From: an uncultured delta proteobacterium
GTDB taxonomy: Bacteria > Desulfobacterota > Desulfobacteria > Desulfobacterales > JAFDCJ01
Reading direction: 5' to 3'
Length of the DNA: 64,000 nucleotides
Assembly: GCA_963769935.1 (NCBI GenBank)
Contig: CAVYNY010000009.1
Span: forward strand, 1-64,000
A model generated the notes under the pieces. It was not told where the DNA came from. It was given only the letters and a program-made list of their open reading frames with translations, and did no database searches. Position numbers and translations under genes: made by a program. Positions within the stretch are counted from its first letter, which is position 1, and every line of letters begins with the position of its first letter. Shown here piece by piece: positions 8,847 to 18,559 of the stretch.

Positions 8847-11800
8847 ATGGAAGGCATTAATATGCAATGCCCAAAGTGCCGGTTTGAAAATCCCGCGGAG
8901 ATGCGGTTTTGTGGCAAGTGCGGCGCAAAATTGGAAAGCATCTGCCCGGAATGCAACGCTTCCAATCCACCGGAATTTAATTTTTGCGGCAAATGCGGCC
9001 ATAAGCTGAGCGAACCGCAGGATTCCTCTACGCTGGATTATTCGAAACCGCAAGATTACACGCCGAAACATCTGGCAGATAAAATTCTCACCACCCGCAG
9101 CTCCGTCGAGGGAGAGCGCAAACAGGTCACGGTCCTCTTTGCGGACGTGGCAAACTTTACTTCTATTTCTGAAAATCTTGATCCTGAAGAAGTTCACCGT
9201 CTCATGGATGGCTGCTTTATAATCCTGATGGAGGAGATTCACCGGTTTGAAGGAACCATCAACCAGTTCACCGGCGATGGTGTCATGGCGCTATTCGGCG
9301 CTCCGCTGGCCCATGAGGATCATGGGCGGCGGGCGTGCCAGGCAGCGCTGTCTATTCAGAAATCCATGAAAAACTATGGCGAAGGAATCAAAAAAGAGTA
9401 TGGGATTGAATTTAAAATGCGTGTCGGCCTGAATTCAGGTCCGGTGGTTGTGGGCTCCATCGGAGACGATTTGCGCATGGATTATACGGCAGTCGGCGAC
9501 ACCACCAATCTGGCCTCCAGGATGGAGAGCATGGCACGTCCGGACAAATGCCTGGTTTCCAAAAACACCTACAAGCTTGTGCGGGATTTTTTCGATTTCA
9601 ACAATCTCGGCCATATTGAGGTGAAAGGCAAAAAAGAGCCCCAGGAAATTTTTGAATTACTCGGCGCCGGTGATGCGGATACACGCATCGCGGCATCCGT
9701 GGCCAAAGGCTTGACGCAATTTGTCGGCCGGGACAGCGCCATCCGCTCCCTTATCGATGCCTACAATAAAGCCGCGAGCGGATCAGGCCAGGTTATCGGA
9801 ATTGTAGGGGATGCGGGTGTGGGAAAGTCAAGGCTTTTGTTTGAATTTCGAAATCAATTGCCGGCTGATGAATTTATCTATCTTGAAGGCCAGTGCCTGC
9901 CTTTCGGCGGCGCCATGGCGTATCGGCCCTTACTGGAAATTCTACGATCCTATTTTAACATCAAAGAAGGAGATCCTGAGCCGCTGATCAGGAAAAACCT
10001 GGAGACCGCGGTCAGCCGGCTCGATGAAAGGCTGCATGGTATTCTATCACCTTTTTGTGACCTTCTGTCCCTTGATTCAGCGGATACGGATTACGAAAAA
10101 CTCGCGCCCAGGCAAAAGAGAGAGCGAATCTTCGAGGCCATCCGGAACCTGCTCATTTCTGAAAGTCAGAAAAAACCGGTTATCGCCGTTGTCGAGGATC
10201 TGCACTGGATCGATAAGACATCGGAAGAATTCCTGGACTATCTGATCGGGTGGCTGTCCGGGGCCCGGATTCTGCTGCTTCTCCTTTATCGACCGGAGTA
10301 TACCCACCCCTGGGGGAGCAAATCCTTTTACAATAGAATCGGTCTGGAACAACTTAACTCCGGATCCAGCGCCGAGCTTATACGGTCCATGCTTCAGGGC
10401 TGCGATGCGGTACCGGCTCTGGAAGTATTTATCCTCGAACGGACAGCCGGCAATCCGCTTTTCATGGAGGAGCTGACGCGCACTTTGCTGGAAAATGGTT
10501 CGATTCGATGTGAGGGTGGCAGGTGCCGGTTAATAGAGAACTTAGCCGAAATTGAGGTGCCTGATACCATCGAGGGGATCATTTCAGCGCGCATGGACCG
10601 ATTGCAGGAAGACATCAAGCGCACTATGCAGTTGGCTTCGGTGATCGGCAGGTATTTTCCCTACCGAATTCTTGAAACGATCTCAGAGATAAGACAGGAG
10701 CTTAAATCCTGTCTGCTCAATCTTCAGGGATTGGAATTTATTTACGAAAAAAGTCTGTTCCCCGAGTTGGAGTACGTATTTAAGCATACCCTGACCCGGC
10801 AGGTGGCATACAACAGCCTCCTGCAGCAGAAAAGAAGGGAGATTCATGAAAAAATCGGACGGGCAATCGAAGCGCTTTACCCGGATCGAATAGAAGAGTT
10901 CTATGAAATGCTGGCGCATCACTATTCAAAGAGTGACAATTTTAAGAAAGCCTGCCAATTTCTGGTACTTTCGGGGGATAAAGTCATTCGCAATCATTGC
11001 GCATCAGAGGCCTTTTCCTATTACAAAGATGCGATGGATGCCCTCAAAAAATTCCCAGAGTCTGAAGAACACGAACAAAAGCAACTGGCGCTTATCCATA
11101 AAATACTGGTTCCCATGATCTTACTAGGCTTCCCGGAAGGAAGCCTGTCTATTCTGCAGGCGGGTGTGCGCATCGCAACCGCCGTTGACGACAAAAAAAG
11201 CCGGATACGATTTTACAGCAACATGGGCGTGTATTATTCCGACAAAGGAAAGCAGGCCGAGGGCAGAAAGTATGCAGCAAAAGCCTTTGAAGAGGCTGAA
11301 AAGATCCAGGATCTTGAATCGATGGCCCGGTCAGGGCCGGATATTGCTTTAGCGCACATGACCGAAGGCGAATACCACAAAGTCATTGATGTTACATCCA
11401 GAGTCAACCATCTGATTGAAAAAACGCAACGGCAGGCCGAAACCTTCGGAGGACCGTCGAATGTGTATTCTGCCCTGATGGTTGTCTGCGGCTACAGCCA
11501 GGGGATGCTGGGAAATTTTGAAGAAGCATTGGCGCTGTGTGATAAGTCGCTCAAGAATGCAGTCGCTTTCGCGAACACCCCGGTTCAGGGAATTGTCGAA
11601 TATTATCTGGCTATGGTTTTCTCAAACAGGGGCGATTGGAAAGCGGCCAGGGTTCACCTGCAGAAAAGCATAGAGATCGGTGAAAAGACCTCATTTTATC
11701 AATGGTTGGCATTGGCCTGGGGTGGATTGGGGTTTGCTGAAGCTGAACTTGCAAACCCCGAAGGCGGAAAAAAATTTGTTGAGAAAGGGTTAAAAATTCA

Positions 11801-12227
11801 ACGGGATGCCAATATCGACTGGCTGGAGTGCGATCTAATTTTGTCGCTGGGTATCTGTCATTGGTATTCAGGGGATGTCACCGGAGCCGTTGATCTGATG
11901 CAGGAAGCTTACCGGATGTCGGAAAAAAATCAGGAGATGCACTATGCCGGCAAGTCTTTAATCTGGCTGGGTCGGTTGGAAGGCCTTGCCGATTCGCACA
12001 AAAAAAATGAGGCGATTGATATTATTCAACGCGGCCTGAAAATCCTCGATGTCCTGGAAACAAAACCTGATGCAGCGATCGCTCATTTATTTTTGGGAGA
12101 ACTTTATTGGAAGTTGGGCCGCACGGACCAGGCTTCCAACTTTCTGAAAGATGCCGCCGAGACGTTCGAAACACTGGGGATGGTCTCCTGGTTCGACAAA
12201 ACCCGGATGATTCTGAACAAACTATAG
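8847..12227 (+). CDS. double zinc ribbon - class III nucleotide cyclase - STAND/AAA ATPase - TPR protein
   Basis: Four CxxC pairs; VTVLFAD, QFTGDGVMALFG, GDTTNLASR; Walker A GDAGVGKS; Walker B VVEDLHW; GNPLF; helical C-terminus. Start may be 8862. Confidence 0.92.
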   Translation: MEGINMQCPKCRFENPAEMRFCGKCGAKLESICPECNASNPPEFNFCGKCGHKLSEPQDSSTLDYSKPQDYTPKHLADKILTTRSSVEGERKQVTVLFADVANFTSISENLDPEEVHRLMDGCFIILMEEIHRFEGTINQFTGDGVMALFGAPLAHEDHGRRACQAALSIQKSMKNYGEGIKKEYGIEFKMRVGLNSGPVVVGSIGDDLRMDYTAVGDTTNLASRMESMARPDKCLVSKNTYKLVRDFFDFNNLGHIEVKGKKEPQEIFELLGAGDADTRIAASVAKGLTQFVGRDSAIRSLIDAYNKAASGSGQVIGIVGDAGVGKSRLLFEFRNQLPADEFIYLEGQCLPFGGAMAYRPLLEILRSYFNIKEGDPEPLIRKNLETAVSRLDERLHGILSPFCDLLSLDSADTDYEKLAPRQKRERIFEAIRNLLISESQKKPVIAVVEDLHWIDKTSEEFLDYLIGWLSGARILLLLLYRPEYTHPWGSKSFYNRIGLEQLNSGSSAELIRSMLQGCDAVPALEVFILERTAGNPLFMEELTRTLLENGSIRCEGGRCRLIENLAEIEVPDTIEGIISARMDRLQEDIKRTMQLASVIGRYFPYRILETISEIRQELKSCLLNLQGLEFIYEKSLFPELEYVFKHTLTRQVAYNSLLQQKRREIHEKIGRAIEALYPDRIEEFYEMLAHHYSKSDNFKKACQFLVLSGDKVIRNHCASEAFSYYKDAMDALKKFPESEEHEQKQLALIHKILVPMILLGFPEGSLSILQAGVRIATAVDDKKSRIRFYSNMGVYYSDKGKQAEGRKYAAKAFEEAEKIQDLESMARSGPDIALAHMTEGEYHKVIDVTSRVNHLIEKTQRQAETFGGPSNVYSALMVVCGYSQGMLGNFEEALALCDKSLKNAVAFANTPVQGIVEYYLAMVFSNRGDWKAARVHLQKSIEIGEKTSFYQWLALAWGGLGFAEAELANPEGGKKFVEKGLKIQRDANIDWLECDLILSLGICHWYSGDVTGAVDLMQEAYRMSEKNQEMHYAGKSLIWLGRLEGLADSHKKNEAIDIIQRGLKILDVLETKPDAAIAHLFLGELYWKLGRTDQASNFLKDAAETFETLGMVSWFDKTRMILNKL

Positions 12228-12490
12228 CCTGTTGACGGCAGAAAGCTAAGGGCGTCTTCCGCATTGACCGTCGGTTCGAAATAATATACAAAGACAGCTT
12301 TTTTTCGAATTTAGCCAGCCGTTGTAGTGCCATCGGCTGCGTGAACCCTGTACCCGAATAATGCGGATGCGCCACGGCCTTGACAAATCTGCAGCCTGGC
12401 TTGAAAATTGCCATAAATGCCATGAAGGTGCAATTGCCGGTTTTCGGATAAACTTGAATTGAATTAATGAGAAAAGAAGGAGGATGTTGT

Positions 12491-13621
12491 TTGAAAATAA
12501 CCGTATTGGGTGCCGGTCTGGTGGGCAATGCCATTGCAAGGGACCTGGCGCTGGACAATCTTTTTGACATTGTTGCTGTGGACAGAGACCCGCAAGCCTT
12601 AAACCGACTGCAGAAAAAATGCTCCGCCCAAATCATGCAGGCGGACCTGGTTGAAGAAGGCCAGGTCGGAAAAATCGTGGCCGGAAGCGACCTGGTAATA
12701 AATGCCATGCCTGGATTCATGGGCTTTGAAACCCTGAAGCAGGTCATCGCCGCCGGAAAAAATGTCGTCGACATTTCGTTTTTCGCACAGGACCCGTTTC
12801 AGCTGGACGACCTGGCAAAGTCCGAAGGGGTCACCGCGGTGGTGGATTGCGGGGTGGCGCCCGGATTGTGCAACGCACTCTGCGGGCATATTGACAACCG
12901 CCTGGACCGCATAGAGCATTACGCGTGCTATGTCGGCGGCCTGCCGGCGGCGCGAAAATGGCCGTACGAATACAAAACGGTTTTCTCGCCGACGGATGTC
13001 ATCGAAGAATACATCCGTCCGAGCCGGCTGATTGAACACGGCCGCGAGGTGGTACGGCCGGCCCTTTCGGAAGTGGAGCTGATCGATTTCCCGGAAGTCG
13101 GTACGCTGGAAGCGTTTAACACCGATGGACTGCGCACCCTTCGCCAAACCATGAAGATTCCGAATATGAAGGAAAAAACGATGCGTTATCCCGGCCACGC
13201 CAATCTGATGCGAACCTTCAGGGAAAGCGGATTTTTCAGCCCGACCCCGCTGCAGGTCGATGGTCAATCCGTCCGGCCCCTTTCGGTTGCATCAGCCCTT
13301 TTGTTTGACCAGTGGAAACTTCAACCGGGAGAAGAAGATTTCACTTTGCTGAAAGTAATTGTCGACGGCTGGGATAAAGAGGCCGAACGCCGCTATACTT
13401 ATGATCTTCTGGACAGATATGACCACCAGACCCAAACGACTTCAATGGCCCGGACAACCGGATATACCTGCAGCATTGTGGCCCGTCAGGTCCTGGCCGG
13501 TAAATTTGACCTGAAGGGGATTTGCCCGCCCGAGTTTTTGGGAAAACAGGACGCATGCTTTGATGATTTGCTCGCAGGATATGAGAAAAGAAATATCCGG
13601 CTGGTTGAAACTATAACGTAG
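12491..13621 (+). CDS. saccharopine dehydrogenase / lysine 6-dehydrogenase-like oxidoreductase
   Basis: Rossmann GAGLVG, DCGVAPG, LEAFNTDGLRTL, KTMRYPGH, MARTTG; TTG start after GGAGG. Confidence 0.88.
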   Translation: MKITVLGAGLVGNAIARDLALDNLFDIVAVDRDPQALNRLQKKCSAQIMQADLVEEGQVGKIVAGSDLVINAMPGFMGFETLKQVIAAGKNVVDISFFAQDPFQLDDLAKSEGVTAVVDCGVAPGLCNALCGHIDNRLDRIEHYACYVGGLPAARKWPYEYKTVFSPTDVIEEYIRPSRLIEHGREVVRPALSEVELIDFPEVGTLEAFNTDGLRTLRQTMKIPNMKEKTMRYPGHANLMRTFRESGFFSPTPLQVDGQSVRPLSVASALLFDQWKLQPGEEDFTLLKVIVDGWDKEAERRYTYDLLDRYDHQTQTTSMARTTGYTCSIVARQVLAGKFDLKGICPPEFLGKQDACFDDLLAGYEKRNIRLVETIT

Positions 13622-13665
13622 TTTTCCTACCAATGATTTGGTAACGTATTGGAAGAATTTTTTCC

Positions 13666-13959
13666 CACCCCAAAGGCACAAAGAGTGCAGAGATAACTTT
13701 TCTTTTCATTTGCCTTTGAGAGGCCCCGCTGGCACGGGATGCAAGCAAAGGCAAATGAAAAACAATCAGCCGATGGCAAAGAATAAATCGGGCATCAATA
13801 AATCCTAAACCCGATTATCAATGAGTAAGAGTACTAACTTATACAATTAGAAAGACAGATTTGTGTTCTACCCGCAGGGTATGCGTCTTTGTATTTGCCG
13901 TCCTCTCAACGGCAAATAAAAACTGGATCACTCTCTGCGGCCTCAACGCCTCTGCGGTG
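13666..13959. repeat. intergenic inverted-repeat element
   Basis: cacccc..gcagag..atttgcctttgagagg mirrored by cctctcaacggcaaat..ctctgcggtg; internal hairpins. Confidence 0.5.
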
Positions 13960-13976
13960 AAATCTATAAATATATT

Positions 13977-14275
13977 TTTATGCGGTTATCTACTTAAGCC
14001 CAAGTGAGAAGTATTCCGAAATTGGGTCAAGATCCCATTGAATGTCTTTATTATTGATATTGCGCGATTTTATCACTTGCTGAACAATTCGCATAAATTT
14101 TTTGCCGATTGATCTCGATTTTCGGCGGTTGAATCGGAAGACATATTCATCCAAATAATTCTGGAGGTATTTAGGTTCAAAGCGGCCCTGGAAGGTGCTG
14201 CGGATCAATCGTTTAACCAGAGAAACAACCAAGTGAGCGCCGTATAATCCGCTTTCGGATCCTTTTTGATCCGGT
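13977..14275 (-). pseudogene. IS1595-family transposase C-terminal remnant with its right end
   Basis: HLVVSLVKRLIRSTFQG...YLQNYLDEYVFRFNRR; stop at 13990 lies within the terminal repeat. Confidence 0.8.
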
Positions 14276-14540
14276 GATATCTAAATACAAAACCCCGGCT
14301 CCAACATTGGAAACGGGGTCTATATTCCATTCATATGCTCTCCCTTTTGAATAAGTGTTTTATCTCCAGGGTCAGACAGGGTTAATTTCCCAGATTTTAA
14401 TAAAAATATCAAGAAAAACAGACTTTTACATCATAAGCAATTTTTAGGTATTAATTCAATCGGATAGAGTCTTTTCCGATTTCAAATGACATTTATCCTG
14501 ATATTTTTTTCAAATTATTGGCGGATCTCTATCTACAAAT

Positions 14541-14685
14541 GAACCCATACCTGATTGTTCCGTTTAGGCACTACCTATCATCCCTTATCCAGGCTATAGG
14601 TTCAGCGAGAGGCTGAAGATTGTCCCTCCTGAAGTCGCTGCTTACAAGGCACATAGCGAGCTCTCTCACCGAAACTTTTATTTCG
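14541..14685 (-). ncRNA. candidate IS110/IS1111 bridge (seek) RNA
   Basis: Two adjacent stem-internal loop-hairpin modules (14604-14670, 14541-14603) immediately 3' of the IS110 ORF stop; folded by eye. Confidence 0.45.
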
Positions 14686-15186
14686 CTATTCTTCAGCTAA
14701 AAGAAAATCAGGATTAAAATCGATTTTCTTCTTCATTAATGTGCAGGGGATGATCAACATCTTGACTGCCAGCTTTACTCTCTTTTTTTTTATTCCGTGC
14801 TCTTTTTCTCTTCCCTTGAGTGTGTTGGTAAAGTATTTTATAAAGTTGCTATTTCTTGCCGACGCAATCAAAGCCGCTTGATATAGAGTATATCGAAACG
14901 AATTGCTGCCTTTTTTAGATATCACTCTGGGCGCCTTATCGCTGCTCTTGCCGCTTCTTTTTGCACTCAGATCAAATCCGGGTTTTTTAAGAACCTGGCC
15001 TCTATTTTTATACCTGAAAGGATCTCCAATTTTCGCTATTACCAGCGCAGAGACATATGGGCCGAATCCTGGAAAAGTTAATATCCGAAGGAACAGGTTC
15101 CAATCTGAAGCCTTCCTGCCATACAACGCCACCAACCCATACATGTCGAATTTTCTAAAGAAATCACTTGAATAACATGGTTTCAA
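14686..15186 (-). pseudogene. IS110-family recombinase C-terminal (Tnp) domain remnant
   Basis: LTFPGFGPYVSALVIAKIGDPFRY, SGKS (catalytic Ser motif), ISKKG..FRYTLYQAA; the DEDD/RuvC domain is missing. Confidence 0.82.
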
Positions 15187-15414
15187 TCGATTTCTTTACA
15201 GTTCCTGGCGCCACTTTCCGGTTTTTTTCATACAGCATGTCGAATCGTCCGTCGTTGTTGCGGGGGACAGAGGATTAAAAAGCCTCCGGTCTTCAACAAA
15301 TAAAGTTACGATATCAGCAGGTTAAAATAATACCTATGACCTATTGTGCCCGCTTTTTGGACTTATTAAAACAAAAAAAGCACTCACGAAAATCTCGTAA
15401 GTGCTTGAATTTAC

Positions 15415-15514
<100 letters not shown>

Positions 15515-15517
15515 AAG

Positions 15518-15664
15518 ATTAAGCCTCTGCAAAACGCCTCCTTTTGCACAATTTCTGCGTCACGCTCGAATTTTAATCCTCGAAATACTTACATGTATGT
15601 CTGTGGTTAAAATTCTCGCCTTCCTTGAAATAGAACAAAATTGAGCATTTTCCAGAGGCTTAAT
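15518..15664. repeat. MITE-like palindromic element between the two tRNAs
   Basis: Terminal IR attaagcctctgcaaaacgc / gcattttccagaggcttaat (18/20); TTAA at both ends; inner IR gaattttaa / ttaaaattc. Confidence 0.62.
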
Positions 15665-15677
15665 ATATTTAAAAAAA

Positions 15678-15754
15678 TGGGGTGAGTGATGGGACTTGAA
15701 CCCACGACAACCAGGGCCACAACCTGGGGCTCTACCAACTGAGCTACACCCACC
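15678..15754 (-). tRNA. tRNA-His(GTG)
   Basis: Cloverleaf with G-1:C73 pair, anticodon loop TT-GTG-GC, GGTTCAAGTCC, encoded CCA. Confidence 0.96.
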
Positions 15755-16029
15755 ATAATTTGAATGTGGAAGTCGGAATTAAGGCATAATTCTAACGTCG
15801 CAAACCACCGAAAAGATCTATTAACAAAATGAACATTGAATTACAAGTGAAAAAAACTTAGTGTTGACGGTTTTCAACAACTATTATAATCAATTTGGTT
15901 CAGGTCCCATTTTGGGATTTGCCTGATATGGATTATGCTTTATCATTTTTGTAGGTCTAAACACAATATACGGAATGTGTTTCTGATCGACACGGTGACG
16001 AGGCCGTCAGCCTTTACAAGGGTAAAAAA

Positions 16030-16203
16030 TTGAACCAATTTCAAATGTTCATAATCAGAGCGGTGATCGGTCTTTTTGTGGCGGTTGTCATTACAAAAAT
16101 ATTCACCGGACGGATTTACCTTCCTTATATCGCGGGCCTGGCCATTATCATGGTGGGCCTGGCATATTTTTCGGAATATCTGCGGCTGCGCCGCAATAAA
16201 TAA
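16030..16203 (+). CDS. small two-TM hypothetical protein, 57 aa
   Basis: TTG start; MNQFQMFIIRAVIGLFVAVVITKIF...YIAGLAIIMVGLAYFSEYLRLRRNK; below the ORF-track cutoff. Confidence 0.6.
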   Translation: MNQFQMFIIRAVIGLFVAVVITKIFTGRIYLPYIAGLAIIMVGLAYFSEYLRLRRNK

Positions 16204-16351
16204 TTTCCAAATAGGACACGGATAAACACGGATTAAACAGATACTTTCAGGTGGCTTCCAATTTCACCTACTAAGTATTAAATTTTTAAAAATCCGTAAA
16301 GATCTGCAAATCTGTGACCTGATACATAAAATCGACTTAGGAGCCTTTTAA

Positions 16352-18262
16352 GTGAAACAGATAATTCTCGGAACGGCGGGACACATTGATCACGGCAAAA
16401 CCAGTCTGATAAAGGCGATGACCGGCATCGATACGGACCGACTCAAAGAAGAAAAGGAGCGCGGCATCACGATTGAGCTGGGTTTTGCATCCCTGGATTT
16501 GCCGAGTGGTCAGCATCTGGGCATCGTGGATGTTCCCGGCCATGAAAAATTTATCAAAAACATGGTGGCCGGCGCAACGGGCATCGACATTGTGGCCATG
16601 GTCATCGCAGCCGACGAGGGCGTGATGCCCCAGACCCGGGAACACATGGAAATATGCACCCTGCTGGGTGTGCAGCACGGCTTGATCGCCATGACCAAAA
16701 CCGATCTGGTAGATGAGGAATGGCTGGAGCTGGCCCTGGAAGATATTCGCGAATTCAGCCGGGGCACTTTTTTGGAAAATTCACCCATCCTGCCCGTGTC
16801 TTCCGCCACCGGACAGGGCATCCCCGAACTGATCGGCGCTCTGGATGAAATCGCCGGCCGAATTCCGCCGCGTAATCCCTCGAGCCTGTTTCGCCTGCCG
16901 ATTGACCGGGTATTCAGCATGAAGGGCTTCGGCACCGTTATAACCGGCACGCTGATTTCAGGTAAAATTGAAGTGGGCGAAACGATCATGATATATCCTG
17001 CGGGGATTACCTCTAAGGTCAGGGGTATCCAGGTCCATAACCAAAGCGCAAATTCCGCGGCAGCCGGCCTGCGCACCGCCATCAATTTCCAGGGCCTTGA
17101 CAAGGCAGCCGTCATGCGCGGTGAGGTCTTATCCACGCCCGGCGCTCTGACGACAAGCTACATGGTGGACGTCTCCTTCCATTATCTGGCCAGCAATCAA
17201 AAGCCCCTTAAAAATCGAACCTTGATAAGATTTCATACCGGTACCAGCGAGGTGCTCGGCTATTTGATATTGCTCGAACACGACGAGCTGCCGCCCGGCC
17301 AAACGTCGGTGGCCCAGCTGCGGCTTGAGTCACCGGTGGCCCTTGTCAAAGACGATCGTTTTGTGGTCCGCAGCTATTCACCCGTGCGAACGATCGGCGG
17401 CGGACAGATATTAAATCCGATACCCCAAAAACACAAGCGCCTGAAACCGGAAGTCAACCGGGGTTTGCAACAGCTGGCCGACAACGAGCCGGAATCAATT
17501 ATCGCTTACCACATTGAACAGGCGGGATACAGCGGCGTTTCTTTTTCTCACCTGAAAATCATGACAAACCTGCCGGACAAACAACTTGAACACCATCTGC
17601 AACATCTCATGTCTCAAAAGACGCTCATTCAGACGGATAGGGAAACTCGAATTTTTATTCATCAAACCACTTTTAACATGTTAAAACAAAAAATCAGCGA
17701 ACATCTCGTTAATTACCATGGCGCCAATCCCCTAAAAGCCGGAATGTCAAAGGAAGAGCTAAAATCCAAATTTCCGCTGCTAGGCGATTCGAAACTATTC
17801 AATCTGGCGCTAAACCAGATGATCAAAGACCAACAAATCGTGCTGGAAGAAAAGACGGTCCGTCTGGCAAGTCATCAGGTATCTCTGGGCCGGGACCAGG
17901 CGGACATCAGAGATAGAATCATAAAAATTTATCTATCAGGCGGACTGCAGCCCCCTTATTTCCGCGATGTCATCAGGGAAGTTGGATCGTCTCCCAAACA
18001 CGCCAAGGATGTGCTCATGCTTCTGGTAGAGGAAGGACAAATCATTAAAACCAAGGACGACCTTTATTTTCATGTCAAAGCCGTCGATGCGCTCAAGCGC
18101 AAATTGGTTGAATTCCTGAAGATCAACGGCGAGATTGACACACCCCGGTTCAAAGAGATGACCGGCGTTTCCCGCAAATATGTCATTCCACTAATTGAAT
18201 ATTTTGATGCCAAAAATGTGACGTTGCGGGTGGGGGACAGTCGCAAGCTGCGCAAAGGTTGA
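16352..18262 (+). CDS. selB: selenocysteine-specific elongation factor
   Basis: GTAGHIDHGKT, EEKERGITIELGF, DVPGHEKF; C-terminal winged helix SRKYVIPLIEYFD..TLRVGDSR. Confidence 0.97.
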   Translation: MKQIILGTAGHIDHGKTSLIKAMTGIDTDRLKEEKERGITIELGFASLDLPSGQHLGIVDVPGHEKFIKNMVAGATGIDIVAMVIAADEGVMPQTREHMEICTLLGVQHGLIAMTKTDLVDEEWLELALEDIREFSRGTFLENSPILPVSSATGQGIPELIGALDEIAGRIPPRNPSSLFRLPIDRVFSMKGFGTVITGTLISGKIEVGETIMIYPAGITSKVRGIQVHNQSANSAAAGLRTAINFQGLDKAAVMRGEVLSTPGALTTSYMVDVSFHYLASNQKPLKNRTLIRFHTGTSEVLGYLILLEHDELPPGQTSVAQLRLESPVALVKDDRFVVRSYSPVRTIGGGQILNPIPQKHKRLKPEVNRGLQQLADNEPESIIAYHIEQAGYSGVSFSHLKIMTNLPDKQLEHHLQHLMSQKTLIQTDRETRIFIHQTTFNMLKQKISEHLVNYHGANPLKAGMSKEELKSKFPLLGDSKLFNLALNQMIKDQQIVLEEKTVRLASHQVSLGRDQADIRDRIIKIYLSGGLQPPYFRDVIREVGSSPKHAKDVLMLLVEEGQIIKTKDDLYFHVKAVDALKRKLVEFLKINGEIDTPRFKEMTGVSRKYVIPLIEYFDAKNVTLRVGDSRKLRKG

Positions 18263-18275
18263 GAGCTGACAGCTA

Positions 18276-18323
18276 GATAGCTGATAGGTTAAAGGTCAAA
18301 GGAAAAAGGTTGAAGGTTAAAGG
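18276..18323 (+). repeat. heptamer-based repeat; inverted copy at 19848-19895
   Basis: 43/48 identity with the reverse complement of 19848-19895; followed by gttgggaa tandem repeats near 18363-18394. Confidence 0.7.
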
Positions 18324-18559
18324 TTTATGGGCTGGGAGGCCAGGAGGCAGGGAAGCTGTGAGGTTGGGAAGTTGGGAAGTTGGGAAGTTGGGAAACAAGG
18401 GGCGGTTGGTGGATGGTAGCATAGAGCAGAGGGCAAAGAGAATAGTACCGGGATGATGAATATAAACTATGTACTATGACCTATGAGCTATCAGCTATGA
18501 GCCCCGGGCACCTGCGGCGCTATCGCCTTCCAGCTTCCCAGCATCCCGGCTTCCCAGCC

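Noticed and set aside
18330..18500. CRISPR array
   Set aside because: Only 7-8-nt tandem units without unique spacers; no cas genes in the window.
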